Shown here: piece by piece, positions 1 to 9,834 of the stretch
How the letters are laid out: each line of letters opens with the position of its first letter
Numbering within the stretch: the first letter of the stretch is position 1
NCBI GenBank assembly: GCA_038245295.1
Contig: JBBRSP010000003.1
Coordinates: 320,001 to 384,000 of the forward strand
Source of the DNA: Candidatus Binatia bacterium
Lineage (GTDB): Bacteria > Desulfobacterota > Binatia > HRBIN30
Length of the DNA stretch: 64,000 bases
Reading direction: 5' to 3'
Made by a program: the position numbers and the translations under genes
Notes under the pieces: model-generated
Told to the model about the DNA's origin: nothing
What the model saw: only the letters and a program-made list of their open reading frames with translations
Database searches by the model: none

Positions 1-1
1 T

Positions 2-847
2 TTCGTCGGCGCCACCGCCTATCGGTTGCTCGGCGGTTCACGGCGCTTGGCGCTCGAGCATCTGGAACTTGCGTTCGGCGATCAGTTGACGCCGCGGGTA
101 CGCGAGCGCGTCGCGCGCACCGCGTTCATCAATGCGGCACGCTCGTTCTGTGAGCTGGCCAAAATCGACATGATTCTGCGCCGCCCCGAATACATCGACA
201 CGTTGGGTTGGGAGCACGCCGAGGCGCTGCGGGATGGAGGCAAAGGCTCCATCGTGATCACCGGCCACATTGGCAATTGGGAGCTGCTGGCGGCCTACTT
301 TGTGTCGCGCGGCCTGCCGGTCGCTGCGATCGCTCGACGCATCTACGCTGAGGGGTTGAACGAGCTGCTCGTCAACTTCCGCTCGCGCCACGGCGTTGAG
401 ACGATTCTGCGCGAGAGTCCGAGCTCGGCGCGGCAGATTCTACGGGCGCTGAAGGGTAATTCCGTCCTGGCGATGCTCATCGACCAGGACACGCACGCTC
501 CCTCGGTTTCGGTGCCGTTCTTCGGAAAACTGGCGCGCACTCCGGCGGCGGCCGCCGCCCTGGCGATACGCCGCGATATTCCTGTTGTCGCCGTGTTCAT
601 GCAACGGCGCGACGATTTCGGTTGGCGTGTCGAGGTCAGCCCGCCATTCAAGATCGAGCGCACCGGGGATCACCGCAGCGATGTCCACAAGCTCACGGCG
701 CAGTTTAGCGAGGCGCTGGAAGGGCATATCCGCAAGAGTCCGACCGACTGGGTGTGGTGGCATCGGCGCTGGCGTCGCGGACCGATTCCCCGCCTTGATC
801 TCGATCCGGAAGTTCCTTATCAGCCTGACCAGTCTCGGACCGATTAG
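2..847 (+). CDS. Lipid A lauroyl/lysophospholipid acyltransferase (LpxL/HtrB family), 5' partial
   Basis: GHIGNWEL (HxxxxE), LIDQD, VPFFG and WxWxHRRW motifs; the frame is open to the window edge. Confidence 0.85.
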   Translation, partial: FVGATAYRLLGGSRRLALEHLELAFGDQLTPRVRERVARTAFINAARSFCELAKIDMILRRPEYIDTLGWEHAEALRDGGKGSIVITGHIGNWELLAAYFVSRGLPVAAIARRIYAEGLNELLVNFRSRHGVETILRESPSSARQILRALKGNSVLAMLIDQDTHAPSVSVPFFGKLARTPAAAAALAIRRDIPVVAVFMQRRDDFGWRVEVSPPFKIERTGDHRSDVHKLTAQFSEALEGHIRKSPTDWVWWHRRWRRGPIPRLDLDPEVPYQPDQSRTD

Positions 848-867
848 CTCGGAGGCGCTGTCGCATC

Positions 868-1422
868 ATGACTCCAGATCCTCGCGTCATTCTGATGATG
901 AACTACTACCGTGACGCCGAATTACGCGGCGCCAACCTGTTGTTCCGCTTGATGTCTCATCTGGACGACGCGGACTCTCAGCTCAAACTGTCGCTGCACT
1001 TCCATGAGGAAACTCGCCATGCGTGGTTATGGACGAAGCGGATCAGCGATCTTGGTGGTGTCCCGGCGAAGGTTCGCGACGGCTATCAGTCGCGCATCGG
1101 CTTACGCACCGTCCCACGTAGCCTGATCGAGATTCTTGCCCTGACCGTCATCGTCGAGGAGCGCTCTCTGGCACGTTACAAGGAGCATGCCGCCCGACCG
1201 GACGTCGATCGCGAGACGCTGGCGGTGCTGCAGGAAGTGTCGAAAGACGAGAAGTGGCACATCACCTGGATTCGCAACAAGCTCGAAGCACTGGCCAAGG
1301 CCGAAGGCGCCGAGGACAAGATGCGTCAAGCACTCGAGCGTTATACGGAGATCGACCGCCAGGTCTACGGCGAGTTGCAAGAGAAGGAGCGGCAGGCATT
1401 CGCCTCGCCGTCGCAGGGCTGA
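868..1422 (+). CDS. Ferritin-like di-iron domain protein
   Basis: Helical protein with paired E..ExxH ligand sets (AE..EETRH; EE..DEKWH). Confidence 0.75.
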   Translation: MTPDPRVILMMNYYRDAELRGANLLFRLMSHLDDADSQLKLSLHFHEETRHAWLWTKRISDLGGVPAKVRDGYQSRIGLRTVPRSLIEILALTVIVEERSLARYKEHAARPDVDRETLAVLQEVSKDEKWHITWIRNKLEALAKAEGAEDKMRQALERYTEIDRQVYGELQEKERQAFASPSQG

Positions 1423-1434
1423 AGCACGTCTGAT

Positions 1435-2403
1435 GTGAAGCAATCGAGCGCCGCGGATTCGCTACCGCCGGCGTCCCCACCCCCTTCTGCGACGCGTAAG
1501 GATCGGATCGAGTTTGCGGTGTTTCGCGCCGTAATGGTTCTGCTCGGCGCTCTACCGCGCCGATTTGGACTACGTCTCGGGGCGGCCATTGGCGAGTTGT
1601 TGTACGTGTTCGATCGGCGCGACCGCGCGGTCGCCCTGTTCAACCTGAACATTGCCTTTCCGGACAAGAGCGAGGCCGAGCGACGGCGGATCCTACGGGC
1701 CAGTTGCCGCAACCTGGGACGCCTCGCGGCTGAGTATTGCTACTTCGATCGCTGCAGCGCCGCGGAGATTCTGTCGCACGTCGATTCCGACAACCCGGCC
1801 TGGAAGGCGTTGATGGAACGCAGCACACACGAGGCGGTGCTGGTCGTGACGGCGCACTTCGGCAACTGGGAATTGTTGATCGAGGCGCAGGGACTGCTCG
1901 GCTATCCGGTCCACCTGATCCAAAAGCCGATGCGCAACCCGCTCGTCGATGCGGTGGTCAACGGACGACGGCAAAAGACCGGCACGCGCACGTTGCCGAA
2001 AAAGGCCGCGGCGCGTGATGCCTTACGCGCTCTCAAACGCGGCCCCGGTTTCGTGGCGATTCCGGGGGACCAAAATCAAACGTTGAGCTTCGGGGTGTTT
2101 GTAGACTTCTTCGGCAAACCGGCGTGTACGACACCGGGCGCGGCGCGTTTCGCCATGATGACTGGTGCCCCGGTGTATGCGGTTGTCCTGGCGCGGGTAG
2201 GCGAAAGCGATCAGCACCGCTTCGAGGTTTTGCCGCCAATCGAAATCGTCTCCACCGGCGATCGCGATCGCGACGTGATTACCAACACTCAACATTGCTC
2301 CGACGCGATCGAAACCTTCATCCGTCGTTACCCGGAGCAATGGATCTGGTTCCACAAGCGCTGGAAGACCCGGCCGCCAGGTGAGCCGAAGTTGTATACG
2401 TAA
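1435..2403 (+). CDS. Second LpxL/HtrB-family acyltransferase
   Basis: AHFGNWEL, GDQN, FVDFFG and PEQWIWFHKRWK motifs. Confidence 0.88.
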   Translation: MKQSSAADSLPPASPPPSATRKDRIEFAVFRAVMVLLGALPRRFGLRLGAAIGELLYVFDRRDRAVALFNLNIAFPDKSEAERRRILRASCRNLGRLAAEYCYFDRCSAAEILSHVDSDNPAWKALMERSTHEAVLVVTAHFGNWELLIEAQGLLGYPVHLIQKPMRNPLVDAVVNGRRQKTGTRTLPKKAAARDALRALKRGPGFVAIPGDQNQTLSFGVFVDFFGKPACTTPGAARFAMMTGAPVYAVVLARVGESDQHRFEVLPPIEIVSTGDRDRDVITNTQHCSDAIETFIRRYPEQWIWFHKRWKTRPPGEPKLYT

Positions 2404-2404
2404 G

Positions 2405-2525
2405 CCCTCGCCCGAGCCCACGCCCCTGCCCGCGCCTTGCAGCTGAGCGGATTGCCGATGGGCATGCAGGTTCGTACTGTCTCGCGCAACGCAGGCGGGG
2501 GCGACGGTGTGGGCTCGGGCGAGGG
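2405..2525. terminator. Long inverted repeat between convergent genes; possible bidirectional terminator or repeat element
   Basis: Perfect 17-bp IR: CCCTCGCCCGAGCCCAC (2405-2421) / GTGGGCTCGGGCGAGGG (2509-2525). Confidence 0.5.
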
Positions 2526-2526
2526 G

Positions 2527-3627
2527 TTAGCCCAACTGCATTACCGTGCGAATCCCGCGCCCGGCTCGCATATCGGCGAACGCCTCGTTGATCTCCCCAA
2601 GCGGCCGCCGGTGGGTGATCAGGCCGGCGAGGTCAAGCCGACCGGACTGGTAGAGATTGATGAATCGCGGGATTTCCCGTCGCGCGTTGCAACTTCCGAG
2701 AGCGCAGCCGATGAGCTTCTTCTCCGACAAGGTGAACAAGGCGGCCGGGGCGATGTTGATGACGTCATCCATCGGCGCGGCACCGACGCAGACAGTGGTG
2801 CCGCCGTTGCGCGTCGTGCGTAGGCAGATGTCGATCAAACTGGCGCGACCGACGGCGTCGAAGGCGTAGTCGACGCCGACACTGGTGATATCCATGACGC
2901 GTGTCCACAGATCGTCCGTAGTCGGATCAACGAGATCCGTCGCTCCGAAGTGAGTGGCGGCATGGCGTCGGCTGGCAACTGGATCGGCGGCAATGATTCG
3001 ACTCGCCCCGGCCAGACGTGCGCCCTGCACGATGTTGAGGCCGATGCCGCCGAGCCCGACGACGAGAACCGTCGCGCCCTCTTCAACCCGGGCGGTGTTG
3101 AGGACCGCACCGACGCCGGTCTGAACCGAACAGCCGATGACACAGGCGACATCAAGGGGAACCTCGTCGGGAATCTTGATCGCGCCGCTGGCGGCGCAGA
3201 CGACGTAGTCGCCGAAGCCACCGAGACCGACACCGCGGTAGAGCACCTCGCCGTTGCGTGACAGACCGGTGGTGCCGTCGAGGAACGTGTTTGTGCTCAG
3301 GCTCATGGCGTTGACACAGACGCCATACTCGCCGCGGACGCACCAGTAACAGGTGCCGCAGGCAGGGATGGGCGTGAGAATGACGTGGTCACCGACGGTT
3401 AGTGTGCCGACGTCCGTTCCCACGGCGTCGACAACCCCGGCTGCCTCATGCCCTAGGATGATCGGCGTTGGCGCGGGAAAGACGCCGTCGGCAAGACTCA
3501 GGTCGGAGTGGCAGACACCACAGTTCGTCACGCGTACGCGTACCTGCCCACTGTTGGGCGGCACGATGTCGATCTTGTCCCAAATCTCAAACGGCTTCGC
3601 GAGTTCCGTGAGCACGGCGGCACGCAT
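2527..3627 (-). CDS. Zn-dependent alcohol dehydrogenase (class III-like MDR)
   Basis: CHSD, GHEAAG, structural Zn CxxCxxC..C and GLGGIG motifs; RBS GGAGG. Confidence 0.92.
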   Translation of the reverse strand: MRAAVLTELAKPFEIWDKIDIVPPNSGQVRVRVTNCGVCHSDLSLADGVFPAPTPIILGHEAAGVVDAVGTDVGTLTVGDHVILTPIPACGTCYWCVRGEYGVCVNAMSLSTNTFLDGTTGLSRNGEVLYRGVGLGGFGDYVVCAASGAIKIPDEVPLDVACVIGCSVQTGVGAVLNTARVEEGATVLVVGLGGIGLNIVQGARLAGASRIIAADPVASRRHAATHFGATDLVDPTTDDLWTRVMDITSVGVDYAFDAVGRASLIDICLRTTRNGGTTVCVGAAPMDDVINIAPAALFTLSEKKLIGCALGSCNARREIPRFINLYQSGRLDLAGLITHRRPLGEINEAFADMRAGRGIRTVMQLG

Positions 3628-3773
3628 TCAGTGTCCTCCAGAGCGTCGTGATTTCATTGCGCCGCGGCGGGTGCAACCCCCTGCGGTGTTGGCCTGAGTT
3701 ACATGAGTGCCTCGCCCCCGACCCTCACTGACCTGCTTCGCAGGCGCGAGAGTCGGTTCCTTCGCCCGTTTGA

Positions 3774-5144
3774 TCAGCGCGGCGTTTCGAAGGAGTGCGC
3801 GCCGATAAGCAGAGCGGAGTAAACCTCGAGGCCCTCGGGCTGGTCGCTATCCACTTCGAGTACGGCAAGGCGAACCGATCCGTCCCTCAGGAAGTCGATC
3901 TGCATGAAACCGGGGTGCAGGGAGTTGGACTGGGCGAACAGGGTATGGCGGTTGGTGCCGACGTCGGAGGCGCGTGAGCCCATTCCGGAGACCAGGCTGT
4001 AGCGTGCGCCGCGTGTCGACTCGAACAGTTGCAGACTGTGGTCGTGCCCGGCAGCCCAGACCAGGGGGGCGGCGCCTTCTTTGGCGGCCTCGGCGAGTGA
4101 TAATGTAAATGACTGGCGCATGTGTTTGTAGGTGCCATTCGACGCGTCCTGCGGGCTTGGCGAACAACACTGGCGCAGTCCGACCACCAGCGAGCCTAGT
4201 CCCGGCAATGGAATCCATTGCAGGTAGAATGGAACGTAGTGTTGCAAGATCCGCAACGGGAAGAAGTGCGCCAAGGGGTCGGAGAAACCGCCGTGGGGCC
4301 CTTCGCTCTCCAGCGGATGATGGGCGGCGACGATCACCCAACGCCGTTGTGCGGCGGCCGCTTTGAGCTCCGTGACCAGGGCGCTGCGGACCTGCGGCTC
4401 CGTGCGTTCGGTGCAGTTGGAAGTGGCGGTTTCCCAGGCGAGATCGTGCTTCAAGCGAGGGTCGAGCCACCATTGCGTGTTTAGGGTAATGAGCTCGCCC
4501 ATCGCACCAAGTGGGATGGCGGTCGGCCCGGCGCAACCGCCGGCCGGCAACAACTCGGCGTTGACATCGGTGTAGACGTCGGCTGCCTGGATGAACTTCT
4601 CCTCCTCGAGAATCCGCGACCAGCCGCCTGGTTCGAACTGATCATAATCGTGGTTGCCGGGAACGAAGATGGCGCGTGCCTTGGTGCCGCGCACCACATC
4701 GAGCTGTGCGTTGAGGGACTGCTCCGCCGCTTGGCGGCTGGCGAACAGATCGAGGAACACCGCGTCGGCGATTTGCTTGGCTGTGTCGGCAGCTTGCTCC
4801 CCCGGCTTGGTCACCGGTGGTGGCATACCGCGCTCGTACACATTGTCGCCCAGGAAGGTGACCGTGGTGCGATCCGGCATCTGCCGCGCCTGGTAGGCGA
4901 GGAGGCTGAGTAGCGCATCGCCATTGAGATTGGCGTCGCCGGCATCGCCGATGAGGAGCAGTCGATGGTCGATATCGACCAGGCGCGCCGGCTCGACCGA
5001 AGTCGGTTGGTCGGCTCGATAATACGGATTCAGATGAGTGCAGGCGCTGCTCGTCGCGACACCGAGCACGACGAGCACCCAACGCCAATCTGATCGGCCG
5101 CTGCGTCGACGTCGGCGGCTAGAAGGTGCGGATCTCACCGGCAT
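3774..5144 (-). CDS. Metallophosphoesterase, purple-acid-phosphatase-like, probable lipoprotein
   Basis: IGDAG, GDNVY, GNHD, AHHP and GHDH motifs; Arg-rich N-terminus, hydrophobic stretch and SAC lipobox-like site. Confidence 0.85.
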   Translation of the reverse strand: MPVRSAPSSRRRRRSGRSDWRWVLVVLGVATSSACTHLNPYYRADQPTSVEPARLVDIDHRLLLIGDAGDANLNGDALLSLLAYQARQMPDRTTVTFLGDNVYERGMPPPVTKPGEQAADTAKQIADAVFLDLFASRQAAEQSLNAQLDVVRGTKARAIFVPGNHDYDQFEPGGWSRILEEEKFIQAADVYTDVNAELLPAGGCAGPTAIPLGAMGELITLNTQWWLDPRLKHDLAWETATSNCTERTEPQVRSALVTELKAAAAQRRWVIVAAHHPLESEGPHGGFSDPLAHFFPLRILQHYVPFYLQWIPLPGLGSLVVGLRQCCSPSPQDASNGTYKHMRQSFTLSLAEAAKEGAAPLVWAAGHDHSLQLFESTRGARYSLVSGMGSRASDVGTNRHTLFAQSNSLHPGFMQIDFLRDGSVRLAVLEVDSDQPEGLEVYSALLIGAHSFETPR

Positions 5145-6087
5145 CGATTCGACTCAGGAGGATTCGCAGACGCTCGGCGATGGCGTCGAGCTGCGCGCGT
5201 GTCAGACCAAACTGCAAACCCCAAGGCGCCGGTCGCTCGTTCTCGTCGGGAGAAATGTTCGCTCCGGGTGGCACATTACGCAGGATGCCGGCGGAGTCCT
5301 TTTCGAGTTGGCCGAGGACGGCGAGGCGGTCGAGGTCCCGCCGCGTCACCTTGCGTAACCGCGCAATCGAGGCGGCCGGCAGCGGGACATGGATCTCGTT
5401 GAAGTGTTTCATGAAGAAGTTGTAGAGCACGCCGCCGAAGGCGATGCCGTTGTCGATGGAGAACAGCCGCGGATCGGCGGGGTCGGTTGATTGCAGGAAG
5501 TTGCTGGCTCGGGCGTCACGGTTGTCCGTGAGGTAGTGCAGCAAGTTCAGATTGGCGAAGCTGGTCGCATAGGCCCAATCCTGCCGAAATCGCTGCTCGT
5601 CGTAGGCGCTGTCCGGTTGCTTGACGTTGTCCAGCCAAGCCGCCAGCGCACCATACACGCACCGGGTTCCTGGGAATGTGGGCTGAGCGGCGGCATCGAT
5701 CGCCTTGTAGGTGTCGAGCGCAATACAACGGGCGACGACCGGCGGTACGATGTACCGGTCGTCGTCGAGGAACAGGAATTGCGCTGCATAGGCGCCGATC
5801 TCACGCGGTGGCGAGTCGTTCCAACTGTCGCCGGTTGGGGTAGCGGCCTTCCACTTCGCCTTGATCAGGTACGGTTCCGTGGCGAACTGGAGTTTCGTTT
5901 TCTTGGCGCCCATGACACCGGCGCCGGCGCCGGCAGCTTCAACGATGACGAAGTCGTCGTTCGCGAGGCGGTCCCGTAACGGCGCCGGTGGCAACGGCAG
6001 GTTGGCCGCGGATGCGCGCACCATCGGGGTGAAGGAAAGGAGTGCCAACAGGTAGGCAAGTCCGCGAAGAGGCCGTCGGTTCGTCAT
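5119..6087 (-). CDS. Exported atypical kinase-like protein (CotH/HipA/PI3-4K-like fold)
   Basis: Signal peptide (MTNRRPLRGLAYLLALL..ASA); Gly loop GAGAGVMG, KAKWK, REIGAY, DNRDARASN (DxxxxN) and IDNG; ATGA coupling to the upstream gene. Confidence 0.6.
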   Translation of the reverse strand: MTNRRPLRGLAYLLALLSFTPMVRASAANLPLPPAPLRDRLANDDFVIVEAAGAGAGVMGAKKTKLQFATEPYLIKAKWKAATPTGDSWNDSPPREIGAYAAQFLFLDDDRYIVPPVVARCIALDTYKAIDAAAQPTFPGTRCVYGALAAWLDNVKQPDSAYDEQRFRQDWAYATSFANLNLLHYLTDNRDARASNFLQSTDPADPRLFSIDNGIAFGGVLYNFFMKHFNEIHVPLPAASIARLRKVTRRDLDRLAVLGQLEKDSAGILRNVPPGANISPDENERPAPWGLQFGLTRAQLDAIAERLRILLSRIDAGEIRTF

Positions 6088-7061
6088 GATGCGATCTGCC
6101 TCCGTTCGTCGGTCCGTGCCGCGGCTTGGATGTCGGTTTGGGTGGCGTCGCCCAAGCGCTGCTGCAGCATGAGAAGATGCCGCGCCGAATAGGCGAGAAT
6201 GGCCGCCGCGACATGGAAATGGTCTTCGGCAATATCGAGCAGCAAAGGGACATCGATGCGAATGGCTACCACGTCGGTCTCGGCCTCCACCGCATAGGAG
6301 TGGGGAACGCCGCCAAATGCCGCGTCGAGGCCGAGCAGGTGACCGGCGTCGACCTGCCAGATATCCGCTCCGTCGCCTTCGCATCGTAAGCGGCCTTGGA
6401 CCACCAGAAGGAGGAACTCGGGGCGCGCGTCACGTTCCCAAAGGCGTGCGCCGGCGGTGATGCGAACCTCACCACACTCGCGGATCAGCGCCGCCAGAAC
6501 GCCGACACCGAACGGTCGTAACTCCGGACGCCGCTGCAGCCAGATGAGCTGCTCGACGTATTCCAGCGATGGGGAGGGCGGCGGACCCGGGGGCGCCGGG
6601 ACAGAGAAATGGCCCGGCGTCTGCGAAGCCAGTTGCCGTTGCAGCGCACGTACCTGCCGCCCCATGGCGCTACGCAGTCGGAGGAAGACCCCGAATTGCT
6701 CTTCGATGACCTCGAGCAGGGCGCGGCTGTCGATCACCAGGGCGAGGGAGTTGGTTTCGGCGCTGACGCGCGTATCACTCTCGACCCCAGCCAGGAGTTC
6801 GACGATGCCGAGCACCGCCGGTGAGCTCAATCGACGCCGAGCCCCACGATTTTCGAGCGTAACGCTGCCCTCGACCAGCAGCCGCACACTGTCGACGCGC
6901 CGGTGGGGTTCGGCCAACACCGCGCCGCGTCGAAGCCATTCCTCTCGCATCAGCTGCGCCAACGTCGCCAGCTCATTGGCGTGCAGGTCGCTGAACACGG
7001 GCAGTGATCGCAAGTGGAGCGCTCTTTGTAATGGTTCGACCATTGGCAGCCTATGCTTCAT
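6084..7061 (-). CDS. Protein with two cyclic-nucleotide-binding (Crp-type) domains and no DNA-binding HTH
   Basis: LRSLPVFSDL..LLVEGSV..LGIVE and second repeat LVVQGRL..GHLLGL..EAETDV. Confidence 0.75.
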   Translation of the reverse strand: MKHRLPMVEPLQRALHLRSLPVFSDLHANELATLAQLMREEWLRRGAVLAEPHRRVDSVRLLVEGSVTLENRGARRRLSSPAVLGIVELLAGVESDTRVSAETNSLALVIDSRALLEVIEEQFGVFLRLRSAMGRQVRALQRQLASQTPGHFSVPAPPGPPPSPSLEYVEQLIWLQRRPELRPFGVGVLAALIRECGEVRITAGARLWERDARPEFLLLVVQGRLRCEGDGADIWQVDAGHLLGLDAAFGGVPHSYAVEAETDVVAIRIDVPLLLDIAEDHFHVAAAILAYSARHLLMLQQRLGDATQTDIQAAARTDERRQIAS

Positions 7062-9828
7062 GCGAGAACCTTTCGGCGATGGCTGAGGTCACACCGCTGA
7101 CCATGGCGAGGGATTTCTGGCGCAGGCCGCCAAGCCACTCGGTTGGGTCAATCGCACGTGCCTCCAACGGGGCACGGATGTCGCGCAGATCAAGCTCCGC
7201 CGCGTGATACGAAGCGACGCAGCATACGGAGACGCTCGGGTCTTCGACGAGGCGTAGGAGCAGGGCGTCGTAGGCAAGCGGTTCGGCATCGAGGTAGGTG
7301 CGTGTCGCCGCCAGGCGCAGTTCCAACGGCTGGTCCTCCGTCAGGTCGACGACGACGCCGCGCAGCGTGGGCCCGAGGAGGTCGTGCAGCAACTCGCCGC
7401 TACTCGATCGTGTGCGCGCGTCGGGGCTGCGACGCCCGTCGTAGAGTTTGCTCCAGTCCTCGTCGCGGTACCGCAGCCCGAGGGCACGGAACAGGCGTTC
7501 CACGGCTAGGCCCTCCTTCTGCGCCAAGAGATCGACCAATAATTGATATCCGGTGGTGCGGCGCGCCGGTTGCTCGACGGCACCCTGCTCGAGAGTGACG
7601 CGCCACTGCAGATTCTGGGCGATGGTGCGCACTTGTTCGTCGACGACGCGGTCGATGAGGGTCGGATCGACGTTGAGGGTGGGAGCGTTGGCAATGAGGT
7701 GACCGAGGCCGCGTAGAATCTTGTAGCGCACCATGCCGGTCGGCTCGCTGAGCAGGGCTGCCAGCAGCGTATCGGCCGCCGCCTGATTGCCGAAGCGCGA
7801 GAGCGTTCGCGGCAGATGGATGCGCACCGAGCGTGGCAAGGTCGGGTCGTGCAGGGCGTTTGTCAGGTGCTCGAGCCCGACATCACCGAACAGAAGCAAC
7901 GCCCGCCGGGTTGGGGCGCGTAGCTCGCGTGTCGCCAATTGCCTGAGCAACAGCGGCAGGTGCGCCGCATCCCCCAAGGTGCCGATGGCGACGATCGCTT
8001 CGCGGCGCGTGGCAATGTCCGCAACGCCGAGCAGGCGCTCCATCAGCGGCGCGAAGGCGGGAATTGCGTTGTCGCGCAGCGCGAGTGCCAAAGACCGGGT
8101 GACATCGTCACCAGGGTTGGCTTCGAGGTAGGGCCCCAGGCGTGCGTCGAAGGTTGGCACGTCGAGGTGCCCCGCGGCCGTCAAGGCGACGAGCGCCGTT
8201 ACCGCAACGGGGGCAGAGTCGGAGGCCGCGGCTTGGCGCAGTAGATCGACATCCGGCTGCAGCAGGGAGCAGGCGCGCATCGTGGCGGCACGCACGGAGT
8301 CGTCGGCGTGATGCAGGAGGTACTTGGCATTCTGCAGGAAGTCGTCGCGGCGCGCTTGCGTGAAAAGGTCGAGGGCGCGCAGGACGACCGGGGGCGAAGG
8401 GTGGTAGAGGACGAGGGCCGGGATGAGGTGCGTGCGCCCGGTCTCATGCAGCAACGACATGGCCGCCGTAACCTTGCCATCATCCGGGCTGCTCAGCGCC
8501 GCGATGAGCGTTTCCAGGGAAGCCATGTCGAGCTCCGGGAAATCGATCTGCATGGCGATGGCCCCTTCGCCGAGCGTCTCGCGAAACAGGTCCAGGTACG
8601 GTTGGCGCAGCGACAGGGCCAGATAGATCCAAGCCATCGTACAGGCGATTAGGATGGGGCCGATCAGCCGCTCCGACGGAGCGATGGCCAGCCAGCCGAG
8701 GATCAGCAGCGACGCCAGCGCCTGGCCGCCACGATGTGCCAGAATATCGCTGACCGCTTTGACCGCGCTCCGTAACCGCGGTGACAGCGGCACATAAAGC
8801 AACTCGGTGGCCGTCTTGTGGAGCGACCAACGCAACACGCCGTCGACGCCTCGCAAACAGAGTACGGCGGCCAGACCGCCGGTGATGGTCAGCAGCACGC
8901 CGCCGCCGAACAGGAGCACCGGCTGCAGCGCCAGCGCCTCGGTGACGCCGCGGGCGCGCACGAAGGGCACCACGGCGGTGAACAACAACAGCAAGGCCAG
9001 GAGATCGAAGAGAAAGTAACTAGCCGCCAGAAAGGATCCGAGCTGTGCCGGGCTGATCTCGCGCGCCACGACGGTCTTGAAGATGAAGTCTCCCAGCGTG
9101 ACGGTAACGCTGGCGACGAGAAGCAGCAGCGCGACTCGGCGCATGTAGTTGTGACGCAGGGCCAGGCTGATGCTTTCACGAATGCTCAATTCTTCGTGCG
9201 CCGGGCGCGCGATGACTGTCGCGGCATCGTCGCTGGCGCGGCACGCTTGTGCCCTGGCCATCAGGTACGAAGCACCGGCACTGAGCAAGAAGACGGCGGC
9301 GCTGACGCCCAGGAGGTAACGCGGCGCCATATAACGCGCCGTCACGCCGGCGAGCCCGTACCCGACGAGTGAGCCGAGTAGCGGCCCTGCGGCGATCACC
9401 GGGAACACTCGTTTGGCCTGCGTCGGCGTGAAGCGATCGCTCAGCATCAACCAGAAACGCAGCAGGATGAGGGTCGAGGCGAGCCCGCCCCACACATACA
9501 AGGCATAGAGAGCAGCCGCTGGTTTCGTCTCGCTCAGCAGAAACAACAGGGCCAGGTTGCCGGTCGCGGCGGCGATCTGCAGCAGGATCAGCTTCTCTGC
9601 GTGCTGCTGTGGTGCGGCTGAACCAGAAAATAGCCGCGTCGCCGCCAACGCCAAACCCGCCAAGACCAGGTAGACCCAGGGCAGATGGCTGGCGGGAAGA
9701 TGGGACAGGAACAGGGCGTCGCGAGCCGTTTCGAGCATCGAGTGGGCGACGAGAACCAGGAACACCGTGATGGTGGCCCAGATCGTCGCGCCGCGTTCAT
9801 CGGGATGGACGTCAGCCAACCAACGCAT
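7051..9828 (-). CDS. NTT/Npt (TLC ATP/ADP-translocase-like) transporter fused to HEAT repeats
   Basis: About 12 TM with LETARDALFL, QAKRVFPVI and ELLYVPL..KAVSD motifs, then about 500 aa of HEAT-like repeats; RBS GAGGA. Confidence 0.85.
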   Translation of the reverse strand: MRWLADVHPDERGATIWATITVFLVLVAHSMLETARDALFLSHLPASHLPWVYLVLAGLALAATRLFSGSAAPQQHAEKLILLQIAAATGNLALLFLLSETKPAAALYALYVWGGLASTLILLRFWLMLSDRFTPTQAKRVFPVIAAGPLLGSLVGYGLAGVTARYMAPRYLLGVSAAVFLLSAGASYLMARAQACRASDDAATVIARPAHEELSIRESISLALRHNYMRRVALLLLVASVTVTLGDFIFKTVVAREISPAQLGSFLAASYFLFDLLALLLLFTAVVPFVRARGVTEALALQPVLLFGGGVLLTITGGLAAVLCLRGVDGVLRWSLHKTATELLYVPLSPRLRSAVKAVSDILAHRGGQALASLLILGWLAIAPSERLIGPILIACTMAWIYLALSLRQPYLDLFRETLGEGAIAMQIDFPELDMASLETLIAALSSPDDGKVTAAMSLLHETGRTHLIPALVLYHPSPPVVLRALDLFTQARRDDFLQNAKYLLHHADDSVRAATMRACSLLQPDVDLLRQAAASDSAPVAVTALVALTAAGHLDVPTFDARLGPYLEANPGDDVTRSLALALRDNAIPAFAPLMERLLGVADIATRREAIVAIGTLGDAAHLPLLLRQLATRELRAPTRRALLLFGDVGLEHLTNALHDPTLPRSVRIHLPRTLSRFGNQAAADTLLAALLSEPTGMVRYKILRGLGHLIANAPTLNVDPTLIDRVVDEQVRTIAQNLQWRVTLEQGAVEQPARRTTGYQLLVDLLAQKEGLAVERLFRALGLRYRDEDWSKLYDGRRSPDARTRSSSGELLHDLLGPTLRGVVVDLTEDQPLELRLAATRTYLDAEPLAYDALLLRLVEDPSVSVCCVASYHAAELDLRDIRAPLEARAIDPTEWLGGLRQKSLAMVSGVTSAIAERFSHEA

Positions 9829-9834
9829 ATGTCC

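Noticed and set aside
6088..6384. 5' extension of the kinase-like ORF in the ORF track
   Set aside because: It overlaps the cNMP gene out of frame; ATG 6087 gives ATGA coupling and a signal peptide
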